Origin: a virus
Virus record (IMG/VR): IMGVR_UViG_3300037320_000111
Location: 1 to 33,650 of that record
Reading direction: 5' to 3' (one strand)
Length of the DNA stretch: 33,650 nucleotides
Shown here piece after piece: positions 25,592 to 32,465 of the stretch. A model generated the notes under the pieces. The model did no database searches and was not told the DNA's origin. It was given only the letters and a program-made list of their open reading frames with translations. The position numbers and the translations under genes are program-made. Numbering within the stretch: the stretch's first letter is position 1; every line of letters starts with the position of its first letter.

Positions 25592-26294
25592 GGTGTTTTT
25601 GTATTTGTTGGTTCAATTTTAAATTTGTTCTTTTCAATTCTATTATTTTAGGGAAATCACTTTTCACTTTTTCGACCATTTCCGGATCTTTTACCTTTAA
25701 AAACTTTTTGACAATCGCATTATCACACAATCGGTTTCTTTGCATATTTTCAGACTTGGTGATCAATTCAAGGTTATCCAATGCATAATTCATTTTATCA
25801 CCATCCTTCATCACCAGAATCATTTTTTTTGGTATTGGTCCAAAAGCGTTTTCAAACAAAATCCGATGCTTAAATTCAAAGTTGATGCTATTCACTAATC
25901 CTTTTTCATGCCTTACTTTTACTTCTACATAACCATCTTTCGAAATCCGTTCCGTTCCTATCGGCACTGTATTATGTGGATCTTGACCGGCTTTGAATCG
26001 GTTTTGCTTGGCTCTTTCATATGCTTCCGGCGTTAAATAATCCTTTTGTTTCAATCCTTTATTCCATCCAGGATGAAACTTTTGCAAGCGCGTTTCCATC
26101 CCTTGTATTCCATTCAGCCTTCCGGAGAAAGCACTATTAAAAAAATCATCACTTTTTTTCAATCCTAAAGAATGCGATTTCCACTTCAAAGATGGAAGCG
26201 TTCGCCCCATTAAAACCGCCAAATCCCTGTTGATCATGCTTGGATATTTTTCTCTTAAAAAAGCCAATTCTTGTGGTGTCCAATTGTTCTTCAT
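25581..26294 (-). CDS. HNH_3-like protein with N-terminal HTH-like domain (catalytic His apparently replaced)
   Basis: KHRILFENAFGPIPKKMILVMKDGDKMNYALDNLELITKSEN matches the HNH_3 pattern, but Met occupies the position of the H in V-x-H-x-D-G. The likely start is the ATG at 26294 (MKNNWTPQELAF); the track start at 26336 runs into the tRNA-like element. Confidence 0.6.
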   Translation of the reverse strand: MKNNWTPQELAFLREKYPSMINRDLAVLMGRTLPSLKWKSHSLGLKKSDDFFNSAFSGRLNGIQGMETRLQKFHPGWNKGLKQKDYLTPEAYERAKQNRFKAGQDPHNTVPIGTERISKDGYVEVKVRHEKGLVNSINFEFKHRILFENAFGPIPKKMILVMKDGDKMNYALDNLELITKSENMQRNRLCDNAIVKKFLKVKDPEMVEKVKSDFPKIIELKRTNLKLNQQIQKHHAK

Positions 26295-26312
26295 AATAAT
26301 TTCATTTTTTTC

Positions 26313-26381
26313 GTGCGGGATATGGATTCGAACCATTTAAACCCGATTGAAAGCACGAAATACCAAATCTTCCTTTCAACC
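26313..26381 (-). other. tRNA-like 3' fragment (T arm + acceptor 3' strand) preceded by a 9-bp-stem hairpin
   Basis: Minus strand reads GGTTGAAAG..CTTTCAATC (hairpin 26345..26381), then GGGTTTA AATGG TTCGAAT CCATA TCCCGCA C. The T loop is a perfect TTCGAAT. No complementary 5' acceptor strand was found, so this is not an intact tRNA. Confidence 0.3.
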
Positions 26382-26469
26382 TGCTTACCGCTTAATCCAG
26401 CCTATAATGTATTGTAAGGAAATCAAAGAAAACCTTTAGGCATTTTTAACTATTTCATATTTAATGGTT

Positions 26470-26763
26470 TTAAATTGTTATTTTTTTTATAATATTAAAA
26501 ATCGTATTTTCAAATTTTCGACACCTAATCATTTGGCCCTCAATTTGTGAAACCGCCGTTGGCACATACAATGGCGGCATTTGGTATTTCCGCCCCAAGG
26601 TGCGCCCGTTGTAGCCGTGTAATGTCACTAACAGATAAACAACCACTTTTTTAGCCTGTGTGTCGCGCTGCCCTACTATTTCCATAATGTCGCATTGTAA
26701 TTCACGACACACCGCATTTTCAACGGTTTTTGCTACTTCAATTTCAAAAGTGATTGCATCCAT
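26470..26763 (-). CDS. DnaA C-terminal-domain-like HTH protein (97 aa)
   Basis: IMEIVGQRDTQAKKVVVYLLVTLHGYNGRTLGRKYQ..TAVSQIE resembles the Bac_DnaA_C helix-turn-helix. The track start (26835) is a GTG overlapping the upstream gene; the ATG at 26763 lies 4 nt after that gene's stop. Confidence 0.5.
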   Translation of the reverse strand: MDAITFEIEVAKTVENAVCRELQCDIMEIVGQRDTQAKKVVVYLLVTLHGYNGRTLGRKYQMPPLYVPTAVSQIEGQMIRCRKFENTIFNIIKKITI

Positions 26764-26767
26764 TATT

Positions 26768-26971
26768 TTAGTTTTTTGAGTTACAAGTACATTTCGAACA
26801 ATAACAACAACCGGCCGCAACGGTGTAATTAACACCAGGCGTCGCCTTTTTACAATGGATTTTCCAAAACCCCACCACCATTCCTAAAGCAAACCACAGT
26901 ATTGATAAAACAAGCAACACACAAATACCTGCAGCCATGACATAAAAAAGATTCATTATTAAATTTACCAT
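26768..26971 (-). CDS. Small membrane protein with Cys-rich tail (67 aa)
   Basis: Hydrophobic stretch NLFYVMAAGICVLLVLSILWFALGMVVGFW, then a CCYCSKCTC tail. The ATG overlaps the end of the upstream micro-ORF. Confidence 0.55.
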   Translation of the reverse strand: MVNLIMNLFYVMAAGICVLLVLSILWFALGMVVGFWKIHCKKATPGVNYTVAAGCCYCSKCTCNSKN

Positions 26972-27126
26972 TTGTTTATTTTTTTGATATTATTAAAATT
27001 TATTCTACGCTCTTTTTGAATTCTTTTAGTATACTTCCGGTCCTTCACGTATTGCAAAATTCCCGCAATTACTATCAAAACCATCGAAACATCGGCAAAA
27101 AGCAACATCCCAATAACCAAATCCAT
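26965..27126 (-). CDS. Small single-pass membrane protein (53 aa), not in the ORF track
   Basis: Hand translation: MDLVIGMLLFADVSMVLIVIAGILQYVKDRKYTKRIQKERRINFNNIKKINKW. The ATG shares its A with the upstream TGA (TGATG). Its stop overlaps the next ATG. Confidence 0.5.
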   Translation of the reverse strand: MDLVIGMLLFADVSMVLIVIAGILQYVKDRKYTKRIQKERRINFNNIKKINKW

Positions 27127-27290
27127 CACACGCATCTTCCACACATTTTACAGATTTCCACAATGTCAAAAAACGCTTCTGGATCGCACACGCGATGCAT
27201 TTCACAAATCGCCATTTCCGCGCCTTCCACATCCATTTCGTTGATGCGCTGTTGGTCGTCTTGGTTAATTAAATCACTATTATTCAGCAT
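27126..27290 (-). CDS. Small Cys-rich protein (54 aa), not in the ORF track
   Basis: Hand translation: MLNNSDLINQDDQQRINEMDVEGAEMAICEMHRVCDPEAFFDIVEICKMCGRCV. The ATG overlaps the end of the 103-aa gene. Possible zinc-binding C-x5-C ... C-x2-C-x2-C pattern. Confidence 0.5.
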   Translation of the reverse strand: MLNNSDLINQDDQQRINEMDVEGAEMAICEMHRVCDPEAFFDIVEICKMCGRCV

Positions 27291-27591
27291 AACCAAGTCT
27301 TTTAATAGTTGATGTTAAAATAAAAATTCGATTCTTTCCGGTAGATTCTTTGAAGTATTCCGTTGGTTTTATCTTTCCATTTTCAATCCAATCAATCAGC
27401 GTTTTCGTTACTTTTATTGGGAAGAAATTTGCATCCACAATTTCTTTCAAGGAAATCGCTTTGCGGCGCATTAATCGTTGGCGTTTCATAGCTGCGTTGG
27501 CTTCAAATTCAGTCGCAGAAACAATCAAAAGATTGTTGGCTTTCAACATAGCCATGAAATCATTGGCGTTGATATACGTATCGGCTGCCAT
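27280..27591 (-). CDS. Hypothetical protein (103 aa), possible HTH/excisionase-like DNA binder
   Basis: The segment ISLKEIVDANFFPIKVTKTLIDWIENGKIKP loosely resembles HTH_17/Xis-type motifs. Early-operon position. Confidence 0.35.
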   Translation of the reverse strand: MAADTYINANDFMAMLKANNLLIVSATEFEANAAMKRQRLMRRKAISLKEIVDANFFPIKVTKTLIDWIENGKIKPTEYFKESTGKNRIFILTSTIKRLGYAE

Positions 27592-27709
27592 TATCCTTTT
27601 GGGTTACAATTAACACCACCAAAAAAGAATTTTGAAACTGCATCATAAATTGTATTAAATATTTTCATTTGATTGGGATTTATTAGTTGTATAAATAGTT
27701 TTGTTTTAA

Positions 27710-27991
27710 TTATTCGCATTTCAATTTTTCAGACACATCCAAAAGCGCATCAGCAATGTCATTATCGAAGATTCGAAAATGCCAAAATTGCCACAAACGC
27801 GCTTCACTAATTGTTGGGTAATAATTTAAAACAATGGCTTTGACCGCATCAAAATTCATAAATCCACGCTGCATAAAAAGCAGTAAAACACCAGATGATT
27901 TATGGACCGTTTCAAATCGGTTTTTGTTTTGCACCTCTCTTGGTTTCAGTTTTTGTTTAGACTTCATGTTGTATGTTGTATTTATTTGCAT
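27710..27991 (-). CDS. First gene of the leftward early operon (93 aa), hypothetical (Cro/antirepressor position)
   Basis: ATG ORF divergent from the repressor-like gene. A TAGGTTTG -7 box lies on the minus strand at 28016..28023. Confidence 0.5.
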   Translation of the reverse strand: MQINTTYNMKSKQKLKPREVQNKNRFETVHKSSGVLLLFMQRGFMNFDAVKAIVLNYYPTISEARLWQFWHFRIFDNDIADALLDVSEKLKCE

Positions 27992-28267
27992 AATTAAAGT
28001 GTTGTATTTTTTTTACAAACCTACAAAATTTAATTTGTTATTACCAAACTATTTAGGTAATAATTTCAAATTATACATAACAAATTACATAATTTATTTA
28101 TAAAGTCCTTTAAACACAACAAGTTACAATGAATAAAAAATGGTTAATATTTTATTATTATATAATTTTTAATTATATTTGATATGTAATTATGTGTATA
28201 AATACATAATTAATTTAGTTTTTTACCAAAATTAATACCACATAAAATTTTAAAAAAAACGAAAATC
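27992..28267. promoter_or_regulatory. Divergent genetic-switch region (276 bp, very A/T-rich) with candidate promoters and operators
   Basis: Leftward -7 box TAGGTTTG (28016..28023, minus). Rightward TAGTTTTT (28216..28223, plus). Inverted repeat TTATTACC-N10-GGTAATAA (28038..28063). Palindrome TGTAT-AA-ATACA (28194..28205). ACATAATT motif three times (about 28087, 28184 inverted, 28204). Confidence 0.5.
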
Positions 28268-28642
28268 ATGTATAACCTAAGCAAAAAAGAAAAAATGGCT
28301 GTGATAATGGATTTGTTTGAAAAAACAGGCATTACGGCTTATGAATCAGCACAAAACACCACGTTAAGCGAAGTAGGAATTCAAAAAATATTAAAAAAAG
28401 AAGTGAAATCACCGCACGAATCAACGTTAAATGAACTATTATTATTTTTCGAAAAAAGACAAAAAGACAGCCGTATTGATGAAGTATTTGCCACGATCGC
28501 ACCCAAAACAAAAGCCATTAGCGATGAAAGCAAAAGTGAATTGTACGAAAAAATCATTAGATTAATGGAAGCAAACAACCTATTGTTGGCGCAAAATTTA
28601 CGTTTCAAACTATTAATGGACAGAAACAAAGTGAAGTATTAA
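28268..28642 (+). CDS. Repressor-like HTH protein (CI position), no peptidase domain
   Basis: 124 aa. One of only two plus-strand genes, divergent from the early operon. HTH-like ITAYESAQNTTLSEVGIQKILKKEV. The function call is positional. Confidence 0.5.
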   Translation: MYNLSKKEKMAVIMDLFEKTGITAYESAQNTTLSEVGIQKILKKEVKSPHESTLNELLLFFEKRQKDSRIDEVFATIAPKTKAISDESKSELYEKIIRLMEANNLLLAQNLRFKLLMDRNKVKY

Positions 28643-28660
28643 TGAAATAAAACTACTGTT

Positions 28661-29173
28661 ATGAAGAAGTTAATTATAATTTTGGCGTTGATCAGTTTTC
28701 AAAGCCACGCACAAACCCCAGAAGGAATCCCGGATGCTTTTCGATTAGCAAACAAAAATATAATTTGGGAAGTAGTTTTCGAATTAAAAGAAGGAGAAAC
28801 AATCGAAGGTCTAAAAAACAACCTTAAATTAAAATTTAATGATGAAGGATTTGGCACCGCCGAAGAATTACAATTGGACTGTAAAGGCGTTAATATGTGG
28901 CTCAAAGGGAATTTTAAAACGAATTATAAAATAGAAACCAAAGACAATCGCTACCGCGTCACGGCATCAAATTTCATTTTTGAAGATACAATGGAAATCA
29001 ATTTTGGATCAGTAAGGACCGCCGCAAAAACCACACCTTTGGAATTTTATGAACTCAAAGACAGCAACGGAACCATCCGGCCAAACAATCAAACCCAACG
29101 CGACATGCAATGCCTGGATCATCAATTGCGCCAATTATTCACCATCATTCCCGCCCCCAATCAAAATTGGTAA
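28661..29173 (+). CDS. Secreted protein co-transcribed with the repressor (DUF4468-like); moron / superinfection-exclusion candidate
   Basis: 170 aa. Signal peptide MKKLIIILALISFQSHAQ. 18 nt after the repressor-like gene. The 3' end overlaps the int 3' end convergently by 39 nt. Confidence 0.6.
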   Translation: MKKLIIILALISFQSHAQTPEGIPDAFRLANKNIIWEVVFELKEGETIEGLKNNLKLKFNDEGFGTAEELQLDCKGVNMWLKGNFKTNYKIETKDNRYRVTASNFIFEDTMEINFGSVRTAAKTTPLEFYELKDSNGTIRPNNQTQRDMQCLDHQLRQLFTIIPAPNQNW

Positions 29174-30385
29174 TCCCGCAATAATATCAAACAAAGCCTT
29201 ATCACGGATCACTTCGGGATATTTATCTTTATAGTAATTATCCACATCATCGCGTTCATGCCCCATCAATTCCCGAATCACATCCGTTTCAATCATTAGA
29301 TTTTTAGCAATGTTAGCAAAAGTATGGCGCGCCACTTTTGCGCCAATATTCCCACCATCAGGCCGCAATTCCATTTCGATTTTTTCTTGTACATAAATCA
29401 ACCCACGTTGAAAAGTACGCCTAAATGTTTCATACGCCGCCTTTTCTTTGGCCCAACCAAACAACCATTCACCATCACATTTGTACTTATCGATCAACAC
29501 TTGCGCTTTTAGGTGTATTTTCAAATCAATTCGGTTTCCGGTGTTGGTCTTGGTTCGTTCAAAAATCACCCTTCCACGGCGCAATTGTGCATTCTTTAAA
29601 TAATACAAATCAATCAAATCGCAACCGCCAAAATAGAATTGCAACAAAAACAAGTCAACATATTTTTGCTTTTGGGATTTCAAATCCAGTTTTTCCAAAA
29701 TTTCAATTTGCTTTTTGTCTAAATACTTTTTCTTATTGTCGAAAGATCGTTGTTTTAAATTAGCAAAAACACCTTCAAATGGCTTCGAATTAAACAATTT
29801 GTGATGCAACACCCCTTTGTTGTAAATAGAACGCACCGTGCGAAGATATAGATGCACAGTCGATTTGCTGTTGCCAATTCCCAATTGATAATTCCGGAAC
29901 GCCATCAAATTTTTATACTCTAAACCATCCAAAGCCACATTTCGCACGAAATTTTCAAATTGCTTGTTCACGTTCTCATAAACCCGCAGATTTCCCAAGA
30001 CTTTATTTTGTGATTTCAAGTCCTTGTTTTTTCCATAACCATTAGCTAATGTTTTCATTTCGGAAATCAATTGCGCAGCATAATCATTAAACAACACCGC
30101 GCCGGCTTCTTCTTTGAATAGTTCTACAAAGGCTTTTTCGACATCCACAACGCCTTGCAAAATCATTTTTTTAGCCTTAATTTTCAAATCCATTATAATA
30201 GGCAGCAGCAAATCAAAATCCGGATGATCCGGATCAATCAATTTTCTTTTTTTATCCCAATGATCCAGGTGACAATGACAAATTGTCTTTTGTTTTCTTT
30301 TATTTTGGTGTGCCACTTCTAAAACTACCATAAATCCTTCGGCGGTTTCTTTTTTAGTTTTCAGAATTTTGAAGTCTATTTTCAT
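29135..30385 (-). CDS. int: Tyrosine integrase, Bacteroidota type with N-terminal arm-binding domain
   Basis: 416 aa. Catalytic ARHTFANIA (H-x-x-R), LMGHERDD (H) and NYYKDKY (Y). Adjacent to attP. Confidence 0.9.
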   Translation of the reverse strand: MKIDFKILKTKKETAEGFMVVLEVAHQNKRKQKTICHCHLDHWDKKRKLIDPDHPDFDLLLPIIMDLKIKAKKMILQGVVDVEKAFVELFKEEAGAVLFNDYAAQLISEMKTLANGYGKNKDLKSQNKVLGNLRVYENVNKQFENFVRNVALDGLEYKNLMAFRNYQLGIGNSKSTVHLYLRTVRSIYNKGVLHHKLFNSKPFEGVFANLKQRSFDNKKKYLDKKQIEILEKLDLKSQKQKYVDLFLLQFYFGGCDLIDLYYLKNAQLRRGRVIFERTKTNTGNRIDLKIHLKAQVLIDKYKCDGEWLFGWAKEKAAYETFRRTFQRGLIYVQEKIEMELRPDGGNIGAKVARHTFANIAKNLMIETDVIRELMGHERDDVDNYYKDKYPEVIRDKALFDIIAGLPILIGGGNDGE

Positions 30386-30401
30386 TTTTTACCTTTATTT
30401 A

Positions 30402-30421
30402 ATCCGTGATAAATCCGTGAT
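30402..30421. repeat. Arm-type integrase-binding repeats, P arm (2 x ATCCGTGAT, 11-bp phasing)
   Basis: ATCCGTGAT at 30402..30410 and 30413..30421, starting 16 nt upstream of the int ATG. Confidence 0.6.
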
Positions 30422-30484
30422 TTACTCTTAAAAAGTGGCGATTTGTGGAAACAAAGGTAATAATAAAAACTATATGAAAACAAA

Positions 30485-30508
30485 AAACCCACTGATATCA
30501 GTGGGTTT
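30485..30508. terminator. Perfect 24-nt palindrome abutting the tRNA-like 3' end
   Basis: aaacccactgat/atcagtgggttt. Looks like the terminator that follows the host tRNA gene, carried within the attP identity segment. Confidence 0.5.
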
Positions 30509-30513
30509 GGTTG

Positions 30514-30555
30514 TGAAGGCAGAAGGATTCGAACCTTCGACCGCCTGCTTAGAAG
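30514..30555 (-). other. attP core: 3' half of a tRNA-Arg(UCU) (anticodon loop to discriminator)
   Basis: Minus strand reads CTTCTAA GCAGG CGGTC GAAGG TTCGAAT CCTTC TGCCTTC A. This gives a canonical anticodon loop, 3' anticodon stem, 5-nt variable loop, full T arm, acceptor 3' strand and discriminator. The upstream sequence cannot form the 5' half. Confidence 0.75.
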
Positions 30556-30620
30556 ATAGCAGTCAAAAACGCTAAAATCCTATATTTTACAGTACTTAAC
30601 AAGATGTTTACTTATTGTTA

Positions 30621-30639
30621 GCCGTGATTTATCCGTGAT
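30621..30639. repeat. Arm-type integrase-binding repeats, P' arm (GCCGTGAT + ATCCGTGAT, 11-bp phasing)
   Basis: CCGTGAT at 30622 and 30633, in the same orientation as the P-arm copies. Confidence 0.6.
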
Positions 30640-30640
30640 G

Positions 30641-30676
30641 AAATAAAAAAAGGCCAGACACCACACCCGACCTTTT
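30641..30676 (-). terminator. Terminator of the late/lysis transcription unit
   Basis: On the minus-strand RNA: AAAAGGUCGGGUG..UGUCUGGCCUUUU with G-U pairs, followed by a U-run. Confidence 0.5.
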
Positions 30677-30727
30677 AACCAACTAACCAAAATTAAACCC
30701 CCAAAATGTTCCTACTATATTTTAAAA

Positions 30728-31279
30728 TTATTCCTTTTTCGACCACAAAAACCACAAAACCAACAATACAACAAACACAAATAAATACATAAAATAACCG
30801 CCTTTTCGATCCACAACAACAGCTTTTGCCTTGGTTGATTGCGCTTCTTTTTTAGTGGCAACCACTTTTTTTGCCGTTTCTTTATGATCAACGATGTCCA
30901 GGTTGGCAGTTTCATTTGTTTTTTTGTTGTTTTGTTGTGTTGTTTTTTTAGTGGTTATTTTCACGTTAAACAATTGCCGGACCACACCCCGTTCATCAAT
31001 CCATTTTGCCGCTTTTGCGGGATCAATTGGTTCAACAATGTATTCTTCTGTGATGGATTGGTTTTGATCATCCACAACAACCGCTTTCGATTCCTTGATG
31101 TTGGTTTGTTGCTTGGTTTGTTCTGTAGATTGTGCTTTTTCTTCTGTTTTTGCTGCGGCTTCACTTTTGTTGCGGTTCACTTTTCGCGCGCCGCAGCCAC
31201 TTAAAACCAACAAAGCCACCACCGCAATCACTACCGATGCAATCAAAGAAAATAATCCTTTATTTAATTGTAATTTCAT
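30728..31279 (-). CDS. Lipoprotein with C-terminal transmembrane helix (unimolecular-spanin-like topology)
   Basis: 183 aa. Signal peptide plus lipobox LLVLSGC. Lys/Thr/Gln-rich middle with an internal repeat KAVVVD. C-terminal TMD YFMYLFVFVVLLVLWFLW followed by SKKE. Last gene of the lysis operon. Confidence 0.7.
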   Translation of the reverse strand: MKLQLNKGLFSLIASVVIAVVALLVLSGCGARKVNRNKSEAAAKTEEKAQSTEQTKQQTNIKESKAVVVDDQNQSITEEYIVEPIDPAKAAKWIDERGVVRQLFNVKITTKKTTQQNNKKTNETANLDIVDHKETAKKVVATKKEAQSTKAKAVVVDRKGGYFMYLFVFVVLLVLWFLWSKKE

Positions 31280-31281
31280 AA

Positions 31282-32442
31282 TTAAAAAATATGTGTTATT
31301 CTGGCAATTTGGCCGTGTTCTTTACTGTGCAAAAATGCTTCAATTGCCTTTGGCGCATGTTCAAAACCTTTGCGGTGGTGCCAACTATCCGTGCCGCTTA
31401 ATGATCTTAAACCTTCGATAGTCACTCCCACCATGTCTTTTGACCATTTGTGATGTAAATGATGTACATAAACATAGCGATGTCTAGTCCTTGACCATTC
31501 CATTGGATATTCTTGCGCCATTAACAACGGCAATAAATCCATCTTTGCGCCATCGCCGTGACTTGTACCCACCAAACTACTGTGGTACTCAAAAGCCTTT
31601 CGATGTGATATAGAACAATTGAAAGTGATGTTTTTACAGTTTCTAAAGTAAGTTTCCACCACTTGCGCCAAAAAGAATCCGTTGGTATAATCGTGATTTG
31701 ATGGATTGAAATCAAAATGAACATCAGCCACCGTGATCAATATTTCCAAAACATCAATATACAATTGTTTAGCAATCAAAAAATTTGAATGCCACATGCC
31801 ATCCGTATCTTGATTGGTTCCAGATGTTGTGGTTCTTCCTGGATTATCAATATGTAAAATATCATTTCCACCAATAAACAAAATTTGATCTATCTTAAAA
31901 CTCGATACCTTTTGCAAAATTCCCTTCACACCTTCCAGAACGCGTTGCACGGCAATTTGATTGTTGTAATCTTCACCCACTTCAAAGGCGCTGCATAATT
32001 TACCAATATGCACATCAGCCGGATCGATTACCAATAAATAAGAATCAGAATCTTTAATGCGTTTTATCTTCGGGAATTTTGGCGAATACTGCTGCAAATC
32101 AGCGATTAATTGTTCCCGTAATTGCGATACCGCCACCACATCTTTTGGAACAAACAATGGATTAGTCACCCGCACCGATTCGGTTTTTGTTTTCAACCAA
32201 AGCATTGGCGCATGTTCTACATTTACACCCACATTTTCACAAGCCGCATGGATGCCTGTATTTTCGTTTTCACACGTTTTTTTTAGTCTGTCAACATAAT
32301 CACCCAACGCTTTAATCAATGGATTCTTACGCTGCGATTGCTTTGTTTTTAATAACTTCTGCGCGATTGCGACCCCGCCCAATGATGTTGTTTGAATTAA
32401 TTTTTCAATCTGATCATCATAAACATTCCATTTTGATTTCAT
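31282..32442 (-). CDS. Calcineurin-like metallophosphoesterase with a 130-aa N-terminal extension
   Basis: 386 aa. Motifs in order: DPADVHIG (D-x-H), GGNDILHID (GD-x-x-D-like), PSNHDY (GNH[DE]), TSHGDG and VHHLHHK (GH-x-H-like). Confidence 0.6.
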   Translation of the reverse strand: MKSKWNVYDDQIEKLIQTTSLGGVAIAQKLLKTKQSQRKNPLIKALGDYVDRLKKTCENENTGIHAACENVGVNVEHAPMLWLKTKTESVRVTNPLFVPKDVVAVSQLREQLIADLQQYSPKFPKIKRIKDSDSYLLVIDPADVHIGKLCSAFEVGEDYNNQIAVQRVLEGVKGILQKVSSFKIDQILFIGGNDILHIDNPGRTTTSGTNQDTDGMWHSNFLIAKQLYIDVLEILITVADVHFDFNPSNHDYTNGFFLAQVVETYFRNCKNITFNCSISHRKAFEYHSSLVGTSHGDGAKMDLLPLLMAQEYPMEWSRTRHRYVYVHHLHHKWSKDMVGVTIEGLRSLSGTDSWHHRKGFEHAPKAIEAFLHSKEHGQIARITHIF

Positions 32443-32465
32443 TTTTAAGTGTATTACTTAATAAA

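Noticed and set aside
27026-27232. 68-aa minus-strand ORF and overlapping 98-aa plus-strand ORF (27016-27312) from the track
   Set aside because: Two other minus-strand frames give a 54-aa and a 53-aa ORF that are coupled stop-to-start with both neighbours and look more protein-like (a Cys motif protein and a TM helix protein). The 68-aa frame has no such coupling. This remains unproven without comparative or ribosome-profiling data.
30509-30590. Possible intact tRNA gene at the att site
   Set aside because: Only positions from the anticodon loop to the discriminator are tRNA-like. The upstream sequence (GACTGCTAT...) cannot pair with the 3' anticodon stem GCAGG or the acceptor strand TGCCTTC. 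It is therefore an attP core, not a functional tRNA.
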